In this document: positions 48,315 through 60,945 of the stretch, piece after piece | How positions within the stretch are numbered: the first letter of the stretch is position 1 | How the letters are laid out: each line of letters starts with the position of its first letter | Source: an uncultured Clostridia bacterium | GTDB lineage: Bacteria > Bacillota > Clostridia > Christensenellales > Borkfalkiaceae | Reading direction: 5' to 3' | DNA: 64,000 nt | Assembly (NCBI GenBank): GCA_947626575.1 | Contig: CANQSR010000011.1 | Coordinates: forward strand, 944-64,943 | Program-made: the position numbers and the translations under genes | The notes under the pieces: model-generated | Database searches by the model: none | Told to the model about the DNA's origin: nothing | What the model saw: the letters and a program-made list of their open reading frames with translations, nothing else

Positions 48315-49748
48315 ATGAAACAGGCATCCTATCTGCGCGGGGCCGCCATTCTGACGTTGGGCGGACTCGCGGCCAAGGTCATCGGCGCGCTCTACCGCAT
48401 CCCCCTCGCCAACGCGCTGGGCGGGTACGGCATGGGCCTCTATCAGATGGCCTATCCGCTCTTCTGCGTCCTTCTCACCTTTACGTCGACGGGCATTCCG
48501 TCGGCGCTTTCCCGCGTTGTGGCCGCCGAACGCGCCCGCGGCACGGAGAACGGCGGCACGGTCCGTTCCGCGCTGCGTCTCTTCGGCTTCCTCGGCGCGG
48601 CGGGGACGGCCGCCATGCTGCTCTTTGCCCTTCCCATGGCGGGCTTGCAGGGGGACGAGGGGCTTGTTTCCTGTTATGTGATGCTCGCGCCGTCTGTTTT
48701 GCTCGTCGCCCTTCTCTCGGTTTTCCGCGGCTACTTTCAGGGCTGCGGCGATATGGCCCCGACGGCGGTCTCCGAACTCATCGAGCAGGCCGTGAAGGCG
48801 GGCGTGGGCATTTTTTTCGCATACAGGTATCAAAATACGCCCGAACGCGCCGCCGCATACGTGCTACTTTCGGTCACGGTTTCGGAGGCCGCGGCCCTAC
48901 TTATTCTCATGCTCCGCTACCGCTTTACGCGGCACAGCCGCACCCTCCGCGCCCGCACGCAGCATCCGCGCAATCTTCTCGCGCCCGTCCTGCCCGTGAT
49001 GGCGGCGAGCGCGCTTCTGCCCCTCTCGCAGATGGCGGATTCGGTACTCTTGGTGCGCCTTCTGAGCGTACACGCCTCGGATGCGGTCGCGCAGTACGGC
49101 CTCTTTTCGGGCGGCGCAGTCGCGCTGTACAGTCTGCCCGCCACGGCGGCCTACGGCTTTGCGGCCGCGGCCGTTCCTGAGATCTCCCGCGCCGCCGCGA
49201 GGGGGGACGCGGCGGAGGGCAAACGGCATTCTCTTACGGCGCTCTTCATCACGCTCGCCCTCGCGCTTCCGTGCGCGGCCGGGCTTGCTCTCCTTGCCCG
49301 CCCCGTGGTGGACTTTTTGTACCCCTCCCTCTCCTCTGCCGATGCGGCGCTCCTCGTGCAATTGGTGCGCATGACGGCCGTCTCGGCCGCCACGCTCGCG
49401 GGCGTGGAGACGCTCGCGGCCTGTCTTACGGGCATGGGCAGGGCGAAATACGCCGCGCTCTCCATGCTCGTTGCCGTCCTCGTAAAATTTGCGGTGCAGG
49501 CGGCCCTTGTCCCGCGGCCGCAATTCGGCATCGGCGGCGCCGCGATTGCGGCAGATCTGTGCTTTTTGATTGCTTTTTTCATGGATTTGTATTATACTGT
49601 AAGAAAACCCAAGGAGAGAGCCTATGATCACGGTCGTGAGTCTCGGCGCGGCGCGCGGGGAAGTGACCCTCAGAGGGTTGGAAGCCATACGGAGGGCGGA
49701 CGAAGTCCTCGTCCGCACGGCGGCCGCACCTTCCTCAAAGACGTTTGA
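48315..49748 (+). CDS. MOP-superfamily flippase (MurJ/SpoVB/YabM-like)
   Basis: It starts at MKQASYLRGAAILTLGGLAAKVIGALYRIPLAN and has about 12 TM helices. The spoVT-yabM-yabN order matches Bacillus. The hydrophilic tail overlaps the next gene by 125 nt. Confidence 0.8.
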   Translation: MKQASYLRGAAILTLGGLAAKVIGALYRIPLANALGGYGMGLYQMAYPLFCVLLTFTSTGIPSALSRVVAAERARGTENGGTVRSALRLFGFLGAAGTAAMLLFALPMAGLQGDEGLVSCYVMLAPSVLLVALLSVFRGYFQGCGDMAPTAVSELIEQAVKAGVGIFFAYRYQNTPERAAAYVLLSVTVSEAAALLILMLRYRFTRHSRTLRARTQHPRNLLAPVLPVMAASALLPLSQMADSVLLVRLLSVHASDAVAQYGLFSGGAVALYSLPATAAYGFAAAAVPEISRAAARGDAAEGKRHSLTALFITLALALPCAAGLALLARPVVDFLYPSLSSADAALLVQLVRMTAVSAATLAGVETLAACLTGMGRAKYAALSMLVAVLVKFAVQAALVPRPQFGIGGAAIAADLCFLIAFFMDLYYTVRKPKERAYDHGRESRRGARGSDPQRVGSHTEGGRSPRPHGGRTFLKDV

Positions 49749-51021
49749 CGACGAAAAGATCCCATACACATCCCTCGATTTTCTCTATGAGAGATGCCGC
49801 AATTACGATACGCTCACGCGGCGCATCGTGCGCGAAGTGCGTTCGCGCGCACGGGGCGGAAAGAACGTTGCCTACTGCGTGGACGGCGGCGTGTTCGAAG
49901 ATGAAGCCGCCCGCATTTTACTTACCAAAAAGACGGTCTCCTGCATCGACGGCCCGTCCAAGGCCGCCCGCATCGCGGCGCTTGCCCGCCTCGGCGATCA
50001 CACGGCCGTCTCGGCGTTCGCCATCCATGATGCAAAACTCGCCCTGCCGCTCGTCGTCTATGATCTGACGGCGGACAACGTGGGCGACGTCAAACTGCTG
50101 CTCGCCGAAAAATACGGCGACGAAGCGCCCGCGTTTTTGGCCGCGGGCGGCCGCACGTTTTCCCTGCCTATCTATGAAATCGATAGGCATCCCTTGGACA
50201 TGGGTGCGGGCGTTGCGGTCTATGACCTTCCGTTGTTGCAAAAAAAGAAGTTCGATTTTGAAGACTTCATCGCCATTTTGCGCCGTCTGCGCGCCCCGGA
50301 CGGGTGTCCGTGGGACCGCGTGCAGACGCACGAGAGCATCCGCATCAACGCCATCGAAGAAGCCTATGAACTCGTGGACGCCATCGACCGCGGCGACGCG
50401 GAACGGATGCTTGAAGAGACGGGAGACGTGCTGATGCAGGCGGCGTTCCACGCCCTCATCGAAGAGGAGCGCGGCGGATTTACGGTGACGGACATGCTCA
50501 CCGCCGTCTCGGAAAAGCTCATCACGCGGCATACGCACATCTTCGGGCAGGACAAGGCGCAGGATGCCGATGGCGCGCTCTCCGTGTGGGAGAAAAACAA
50601 GATGACGGAAAAGCACCAGACGACCTATTCGGACGCCGTCAACGACGTACCCGAATGTTTCCCCGCGCTGCTTCGCGCCCAGAAGATCGCAAAGCGGATG
50701 CAAAAGGGCGGCTGGGACGCCGCCACGATCGAGAATTTCGAGAAGAAATTCCGCGAGGAATACGGCGAACTCATGGAGGCCTTCCGTGCGGGCGACGCCG
50801 CGCACATCGCGGAGGAACTCGGCGACGTGCTGTTCTGCGCGGTAGAACTTGGGCGCGCCGTCGGGGCGGACTGCGAGCAGGCGCTTCTCGATACCGTCAA
50901 AAAGATGCAGGCGCGTTACAACGCCTATGAGGCGATGGTCCTTGCCGACGGCAAGGACGTAAACAAGCTCACCAAGGAAGAGCGCGATACTTATTATGAG
51001 AGGGCAAAACATGCTTCATGA
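49624..51021 (+). CDS. mazG: YabN-type fusion: tetrapyrrole-methylase-like domain + MazG NTP pyrophosphohydrolase
   Basis: 465 aa, with MITVVSLGAARG at the N-terminus and MazG repeats (EEAYELVDAI, EELGDVLF). AAGGAGAGAG RBS. Confidence 0.9.
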   Translation: MITVVSLGAARGEVTLRGLEAIRRADEVLVRTAAAPSSKTFDDEKIPYTSLDFLYERCRNYDTLTRRIVREVRSRARGGKNVAYCVDGGVFEDEAARILLTKKTVSCIDGPSKAARIAALARLGDHTAVSAFAIHDAKLALPLVVYDLTADNVGDVKLLLAEKYGDEAPAFLAAGGRTFSLPIYEIDRHPLDMGAGVAVYDLPLLQKKKFDFEDFIAILRRLRAPDGCPWDRVQTHESIRINAIEEAYELVDAIDRGDAERMLEETGDVLMQAAFHALIEEERGGFTVTDMLTAVSEKLITRHTHIFGQDKAQDADGALSVWEKNKMTEKHQTTYSDAVNDVPECFPALLRAQKIAKRMQKGGWDAATIENFEKKFREEYGELMEAFRAGDAAHIAEELGDVLFCAVELGRAVGADCEQALLDTVKKMQARYNAYEAMVLADGKDVNKLTKEERDTYYERAKHAS

Positions 51022-51955
51022 ACTATCTATCGCGGGCATGGTATGCCCCAATAACGTCATCCTTGCGCCCATGGCGGGCTATACGAACTATCCCTTCCGC
51101 ACCATGTGCGAGAGTTTGGGGGCGGGGCTTACGGTCTCCGAGATGGTGAGCGCGAAGGGCCTTCACTATAAAAACGAGGATACGCGGCTGCTTTTGTACC
51201 ACGGCGGCGGGAAGGGTACGCGGCCGCTCGCCGTACAGCTCTTCGGGAGCGACCCCGACATCATGCGCGAGGCCTGCGAGAGCGAGGAGCTGGCGGATTA
51301 CGACCTCATCGACATCAACATGGGCTGCCCCATGCCCAAGATCACCCGCAACGGGGAGGGTTGCGCGCTCATGGACAACATGCCGCTCGCCGAAAAGGTC
51401 ATCTCCGCATGCGTCAAGAGCGGCAAGCGCATCTCCGTCAAGTTCCGCACGGGCATGGTTCCCGAACGGAAGGTCACCCGCGAGTTCGCGAAGATGTGCG
51501 AGGGCGCGGGAGCTGCGATGATCACCGTCCACGGCAGGACGGCCGACAAGATCTACGCGGGGCCTTGCGACTTCGCGGAGATCGCCGCCGCAAAGCAGGC
51601 CGTAAGCATCCCCGTCGTCGCCAACGGCGGCGTTTGGAACAAGAAAGATGCTGATAAAATATTGAAAATGACGGGCGCAGACGCGGTCATGGTAGGCAGA
51701 GCCGCGCTCTATAACCCCCGCGTGTTCTGTGAGATCACGGAGAGCGAGGCCCCGCCCATTTTGCCGCTCTTCAAGGAGCAGATGGCGCTTACGCGGATCA
51801 TCTACGGCGAGCGTTTTGCGCTCGTATATATGCGCAAGATGGCGGCGTTCTATATCAAAGGGCTGCCGGGTTCGGCGACGCACCGCCGCGAGCTGTTCGA
51901 GGCGGAGAGCTGTGAGGATGTTTTGCGGCTCACCCAGCGCATTTGGGGCGATTGA
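51011..51955 (+). CDS. dus: tRNA-dihydrouridine synthase
   Basis: VILAPMAGYTNYPFR, DINMGCP and ITVHGRT. ATG 51011 overlaps the mazG stop. A perfect hairpin terminator lies at 52001-52030. Confidence 0.9.
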   Translation: MLHELSIAGMVCPNNVILAPMAGYTNYPFRTMCESLGAGLTVSEMVSAKGLHYKNEDTRLLLYHGGGKGTRPLAVQLFGSDPDIMREACESEELADYDLIDINMGCPMPKITRNGEGCALMDNMPLAEKVISACVKSGKRISVKFRTGMVPERKVTREFAKMCEGAGAAMITVHGRTADKIYAGPCDFAEIAAAKQAVSIPVVANGGVWNKKDADKILKMTGADAVMVGRAALYNPRVFCEITESEAPPILPLFKEQMALTRIIYGERFALVYMRKMAAFYIKGLPGSATHRRELFEAESCEDVLRLTQRIWGD

Positions 51956-52000
51956 CGGCCGTTTCCCGGCGTTTTCGGCGCAAAAATCAAAAAATTTTTT

Positions 52001-52030
52001 GTAAACCGTTGTGAAACGGTTTACTTTTTT
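52001..52030 (+). terminator. Rho-independent terminator of dus
   Basis: GTAAACCGTT-GTGA-AACGGTTTAC, then TTTTTT. Confidence 0.8.
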
Positions 52031-52048
52031 ATTCCGGCATGTTATAAT
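52020..52048 (+). promoter_or_regulatory. Strong promoter-like element 830 nt upstream of gyrB
   Basis: TTTACT-N17-(TGt)TATAAT, immediately after the dus terminator. No ORF lies before gyrB. Confidence 0.55.
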
Positions 52049-52129
52049 GACCCTGTCTCGCGCGCGTGCGCGCTATATAGATTGATATACAGTATAACAC
52101 AATGAACTTGCGCGCGGGCGCGCTATGTG

Positions 52130-52860
52130 AGGGAAAGGTTATTCCCCTCGCTGTCCCGGAAAGGGAAAGTGGGCGCGAGCGGCCGAAAGGGTTTTCACGT
52201 CATTTCGAACCGCAGGGGTGAGAAATCTCAAAGAACGAGATTCCTCACTTCGTTACTTCGTCTTCGGCTCGTGGCGACCTTCGATAATAAATAGATGCCT
52301 CGGTCGTTCGGAATGACGTATTAGGCCGAAAGGGTTTCAAAACCCCTCTGTCACTCGTAAACTCGTGACATCTGTCTCACGCGGGTAGAACCCCGCGTTC
52401 GGTCATCGTTCGCGCTACAAATGCGCTCACTCACCGCAAAACGCCGCCCACAGCACACCGTGCTGATGTGCGAGAAGTGCGTTTTGCGACCTCAAAGGGG
52501 CGACGAGACCTGCCCCTTGCTAAGGGGGCGGGTGGCGCGGCTTTGCCGCGTCAGGTGGGGGTAGGGCTTCCCCAATTATTTGCCTTAGGCGGAATTCACT
52601 TCCGCCGACCGCCCGCACATTCTTTGTTGTCTAAGGGCGTCACGAGCGCAAAGCGCGAAGTAGGGCGACCCAATTTGCAGAGCCCCCTGTCTGCTTGTTG
52701 TCTGCGAGAACATCGCATCGGGACCAAGCCCGTAAAAATAAAAACCAAAATCGAATCACGGAAATTTGTTTTAGGGCGGTTGATATGCACCCCCCACCCC
52801 ACCCTCCCCCCTTTGGTCAAAAGGGGGAGGCAAATAGGAGGCAAAACAAATTTCGTGAAA
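52130..52860. repeat. Mosaic repeat block upstream of gyrB
   Basis: It contains M1::M8 (about 52199-52317, insert at 52255-52308), M9(-) at about 52320-52372, intact M2(-) at 52375-52491, M14 at about 52570-52700, and M4 at 52757-52857. Confidence 0.85.
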
Positions 52861-52875
52861 ACATAGGAGTGTTTT

Positions 52876-54789
<1,914 letters not shown>

Positions 54790-54908
54790 CCCTTGCCCAC
54801 CCCTTGAGGGGTGGGTGGCACGGCTTCGCCGTGACGGAAGGGGTGTCATATATCTTGCCCACCTTAGACGGGTGGGTGGCACGGCTTCGCCGTGACGGAA
54901 GGGGTGGC
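54790..54908. repeat. Two tandem M6 units between the gyrB stop and the DUF559 start
   Basis: CTTGCCCACC..GGGTGGGTGGCACGGCTTCGCCGTGACGGAAGGGGTG occurs twice. Confidence 0.85.
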
Positions 54909-55265
54909 ATGATGAATGAACTTTACAATCCCAAGCTGATACAAAACGCCAAGTCATTGCGCAAAGGAATGACAAAGGAAGAGCGCAAGCTGTGGTATAC
55001 GTTCCTTCGTTATCTTCCCGTCAAATTTGTGCGTCAAAAAGCTCGTGGTTTTTACATCGCGGATTTTTATTGTGCGGAAGCGAGGTTGGCCATAGAATTG
55101 GACGGATCTCAACACTTTGAAGAAGCGGGCGAACGGCGCGACTTAATACGGGATGCCTTTTTTTCGGCACACGGGATTCGCGTTGTGCGATATTCCAACT
55201 ACGATATTGCAATGCACTATGATGTTGTAAAAGCGGATATTTTGAAGCAGTTGGGATTGGATTGA
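54909..55265 (+). CDS. DUF559 (Vsr-like PD-(D/E)xK) endonuclease-domain protein
   Basis: 118 aa with MTKEERKLWYTFLR...FVRQKARGFYIADFYC...LAIELDG. Clearly AT-richer than its neighbours by eye. The start codon and SD lie in the end of an M6 repeat. Confidence 0.8.
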   Translation: MMNELYNPKLIQNAKSLRKGMTKEERKLWYTFLRYLPVKFVRQKARGFYIADFYCAEARLAIELDGSQHFEEAGERRDLIRDAFFSAHGIRVVRYSNYDIAMHYDVVKADILKQLGLD

Positions 55266-55269
55266 CTTC

Positions 55270-56006
55270 TCTGCCGCATAAAGAGAACGCCACCCCCTCA
55301 GACCCGCAAGGGCGCGGGCCAGCTCCCCCTCAAGGGGCAGCCAAGAAGGCCGGCCGCGAAACCCCATTCCCCAATCGCTTGCCTTAGCCCGAATTTACTT
55401 CGGGCGTGGGCGACCCAATTTGCAGAGTCCTGTCTGCTTGTTGTCCGCGAGAACATCTCATCGGAACCAAGTCCGTAAAAATAAAAAGCAAAATCGTCTC
55501 ACGGAAATTTGTTTTGGGGGCGGTTGATGTACACCCCCCACCCTACCCTCCCCCCTTTGGTAAAAAGGGGGAGGCAAATAGGAAGCAAAACAAATTTCGT
55601 GAACACCTTCTCAAATCACTGCGAATAACCAAAACCACGCTTTTGGTTTTCGCCCTCAATTTGCCGGCTTGCGGCCTCTTGTCCGCGAGAACATCTCATC
55701 GGAACCAAGTCTGTAAAAATAAAAAGCAAAATCGTCTCACGGAAATTTGTTTTGGGGGCGGTTGATGTACACCCCCCACCCTACCCTCCCCCCTTTGGTC
55801 AAAAGGGGGAGGCAAATAGGAAGCAAAACAAATTTCGTGAACACCTTCTCAAATCACTGCGAATAACCAAAATCACGCTTTTGGTTTTCGCCCTCAATTT
55901 GCGCGGTGCGCTTGTTGTCCGCGAGAACATCTCATCGGAACCAAGTCCGTAAAAGCAAAACCCACAATCGACCCACGGGCATTTTGTTGCACAACAAAAT
56001 GCCGTG
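55270..56006. repeat. Mosaic repeat block upstream of gyrA, including a 2.3-copy tandem array of period about 237 bp
   Basis: It contains M11 at about 55290-55345, M14 at about 55370-55445, tandem composite units starting at 55443, 55681 and 55917 (with M4 at 55500-55601 and 55738-55839), and a terminal TIR-like hairpin at 55974-56006. Confidence 0.9.
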
Positions 56007-56027
56007 AAAAAATCATAGGAGTTTAAT

Positions 56028-58661
<2,634 letters not shown>

Positions 58662-58739
58662 AGAAAGCGGACGGATTTTAAGCGGGGGAAAGGGCAATGA
58701 GACCGCGTTTCCCCATACCATGTCCGCGGACATGGCTTC

Positions 58740-59150
58740 AAAAACACAGAAAAAGAGCCGAGGCCCCGCCCCGGCTCTTTGCTTATGTTTTGTGCATTTT
58801 GCCGCCCCTATGGGGGACGGCAAAGCTCTACCCCCTCCTTGGGGAGGGGGATTCAGGGAGTGGGGATTATTCCCCACCACAGTCACGCTCACGCGTGACA
58901 GCTCCTCCCCGGGGAGGCGCTTTGGGAAACCCTTATCGGCCCGATACGTCATTCCGAAACGAAGTGAGGAATCTCGTTCTTTGAGATTTCTCACCCCTAC
59001 GGGGTTCGAAATGACGTGAACCCACATGGCGCTTTGGGAAACCCTTATCGGCCCGATACGTCATTCCGAAACGAAGTGAGGAATCTCGTTCTTTGAGATT
59101 TCTCACCCCTACGGGGTTCGAAATGACGCAAGAGGGACGGTGAGGCGTTT
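58740..59150. repeat. Mosaic repeat block with a perfect 101-bp tandem duplication
   Basis: It contains an M5 fragment at about 58830-58870. The segments 58916-59016 and 59028-59128 are identical and each holds an M1 unit. They are separated by 11 bp. Confidence 0.9.
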
Positions 59151-59164
59151 TTTCTTGCCTCTTC

Positions 59165-59797
59165 TCAGATCTTCGAATAGCCGTACGAATTGATGAGCGC
59201 GTCGATGCGCACGCCCTCGCGGCAGAGCGGGCATTCGCCCGGCTTATAGGAGCGGTATGCGGGCAGGTCCTCGCCCCCGATGAGCCGCCTTACGGGTACG
59301 CCCGGAATCTCGAAGTCGCCGCCGAATACCGTGGCAACGCCGACGGGGTCGCCGTCGTAATAGCGGATGCCGCGGACCGCGCCCATGGCCGTGATGCCCG
59401 TCGTCGCCGTGGCGGCGAGGATCAGCACATGGCGGTTTTTGACGTACGGCACGAGGTTGTCCCGCAGGAGCAGTTTTTCATCCGCGGTAAATTCGGGGGA
59501 GATGACGGCGATCTCCTGTTTCATGTTGATGCCCGTGGAATTTGTAAATTCTTCCGCAAGGAACGCGCCCACCATCTTCATGCGTTCGAGCGTGATGATG
59601 GTATCGACGGGGACGTCGGAAAAGCTCTCGGCGAACAGTTTTGCCGTGATGCGCGCGAGCGGCGCTTCGGACTTGACGCGCGTCATATCCACGCAGTAAT
59701 TGATGTGGGAGTGTTGGGTGGCAAAGTGGCCGGGGATGACGCGTACGCGGACTTTGTTGTTGCGCGCCGCAAAGAGTTCAAAAGCCTTGGTTTCCAT
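59165..59797 (-). CDS. Phosphoribosyltransferase-like protein of unknown role
   Basis: 210 aa. HVLILAATATTGITAMGAV resembles a degenerate PRT loop. There is a C-terminal CPLC. It is divergent from grpE. Confidence 0.55.
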   Translation of the reverse strand: METKAFELFAARNNKVRVRVIPGHFATQHSHINYCVDMTRVKSEAPLARITAKLFAESFSDVPVDTIITLERMKMVGAFLAEEFTNSTGINMKQEIAVISPEFTADEKLLLRDNLVPYVKNRHVLILAATATTGITAMGAVRGIRYYDGDPVGVATVFGGDFEIPGVPVRRLIGGEDLPAYRSYKPGECPLCREGVRIDALINSYGYSKI

Positions 59798-59933
59798 ACA
59801 ATGGGACCTCCCTTTTCTCTATTTTAGTATAAATTCCCCCGCTTGTAAAGGGCGTAAACGGAAAATTCACGGAATTTTTTTGGCTTTTTTCGGAAAAACC
59901 GTTTAGAAAATCTTTTTTTACATTATATGTAAG

Positions 59934-60545
59934 ATGTCAAAAAACCAAGAAGGTGCGACCGTGGACAAAGAGAAAAAGAAAAAATCTGCCGTGGCAAACG
60001 GCGCGGAGGACCCTGTTCCTGCCGAAGAGCTTCCCCAAGAACCCTGCGTGGCCGCATCCCCTGAGACGCCCCCCGCGGAGCCGCCGCAGGAGGCCCCCGC
60101 AGAGGATGCCGCGCTCACGGAGGCACGGGCGCAGGCCGAGGATTTCAAGCGCAAGTGGTACGCCGTGACGGCGGAATACGAGAACTACCGCCGCAGGACG
60201 GCGGGCGAGAGCGCCAAACGGTATAACGAAGGGCGCGCCGACGTCGTCTCCAAGCTGTTCCCCATCGCGGATAATCTCGAACGCGCGCTCGCGAGCTGTG
60301 AGACGGAAGCGACGAAAAAGGGCATCGAAATGGTGGTGAAGGCCTTTGAAAAGATCCTCGAAGGCGAACACATCACCGAGATCAACCCCGTAGGCCAACC
60401 CTTCGACGCCGAGAAACACGAGGCGATCATGGCCGTGGACCCCGCCGAAGGCGAGACGGGCGGAACAGTGAAGAGCGTGTATCTCAAAGGGTATGAGAAG
60501 GATGGGAAAGTACTTCGCTTTGCGCAAGTCATCGTTATAAAATAA
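59934..60545 (+). CDS. grpE: Nucleotide exchange factor GrpE
   Basis: 203 aa. The C-terminus (FDAEKHEAIMAV...VLRFAQVIV) is the GrpE signature. The N-terminus is Pro/Glu-rich. There is no SD before ATG 59934, and GTG 59961 is an alternative start. Confidence 0.88.
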   Translation: MSKNQEGATVDKEKKKKSAVANGAEDPVPAEELPQEPCVAASPETPPAEPPQEAPAEDAALTEARAQAEDFKRKWYAVTAEYENYRRRTAGESAKRYNEGRADVVSKLFPIADNLERALASCETEATKKGIEMVVKAFEKILEGEHITEINPVGQPFDAEKHEAIMAVDPAEGETGGTVKSVYLKGYEKDGKVLRFAQVIVIK

Positions 60546-60900
60546 ACGCATATTTGCGTCGCAATACTTCGTCATACTGCGTTTTTCTTGGTCACGTACG
60601 GGAAAGTACGCTCCCTGCGAAAAGCCTCGTATTCCTTGTCTTGCTCGCAACTCTGCGTTTATGATGAACTCGGATGAGTTTCGAAAATTTCTATCATTTA
60701 GAAACCTCTTAAAAATAAGGGCATAGAAATTTTCGAGACGATTTGTTCCCTTGGCGCCCCTTTGAGGGGAGCTGCCCCGCGGTCTTGCGGGGCTGAGGGG
60801 TTTCGGAAACCCTTCCCCAAGGGGAAGACCTGCCCCTACTTGTGGGGGCGGGTGGCGCGGCTTTGCCGCGTCAGGTGGGGGTAGGCCTTCACCCCCCCAA
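60546..60900. repeat. Mosaic repeat block between grpE and dnaK
   Basis: It contains M15(+) from 60546, the M12 hairpin at about 60676-60745, then M11-like and M2-flank-like segments. Confidence 0.8.
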
Positions 60901-60945
60901 AAAATCAAACCAAAAAAATCTGAAATCAAAAGGAGTGAATATATT

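Noticed and set aside
55438-55990. Possible CRISPR array, because of regularly spaced repeats.
   Set aside because: The period is about 237 bp and the whole unit is repeated, so there are no unique spacers. The units are composites of modules dispersed elsewhere, and there are no cas genes. The 31-32-bp units at 48203-48296 are directly abutting, also without spacers.
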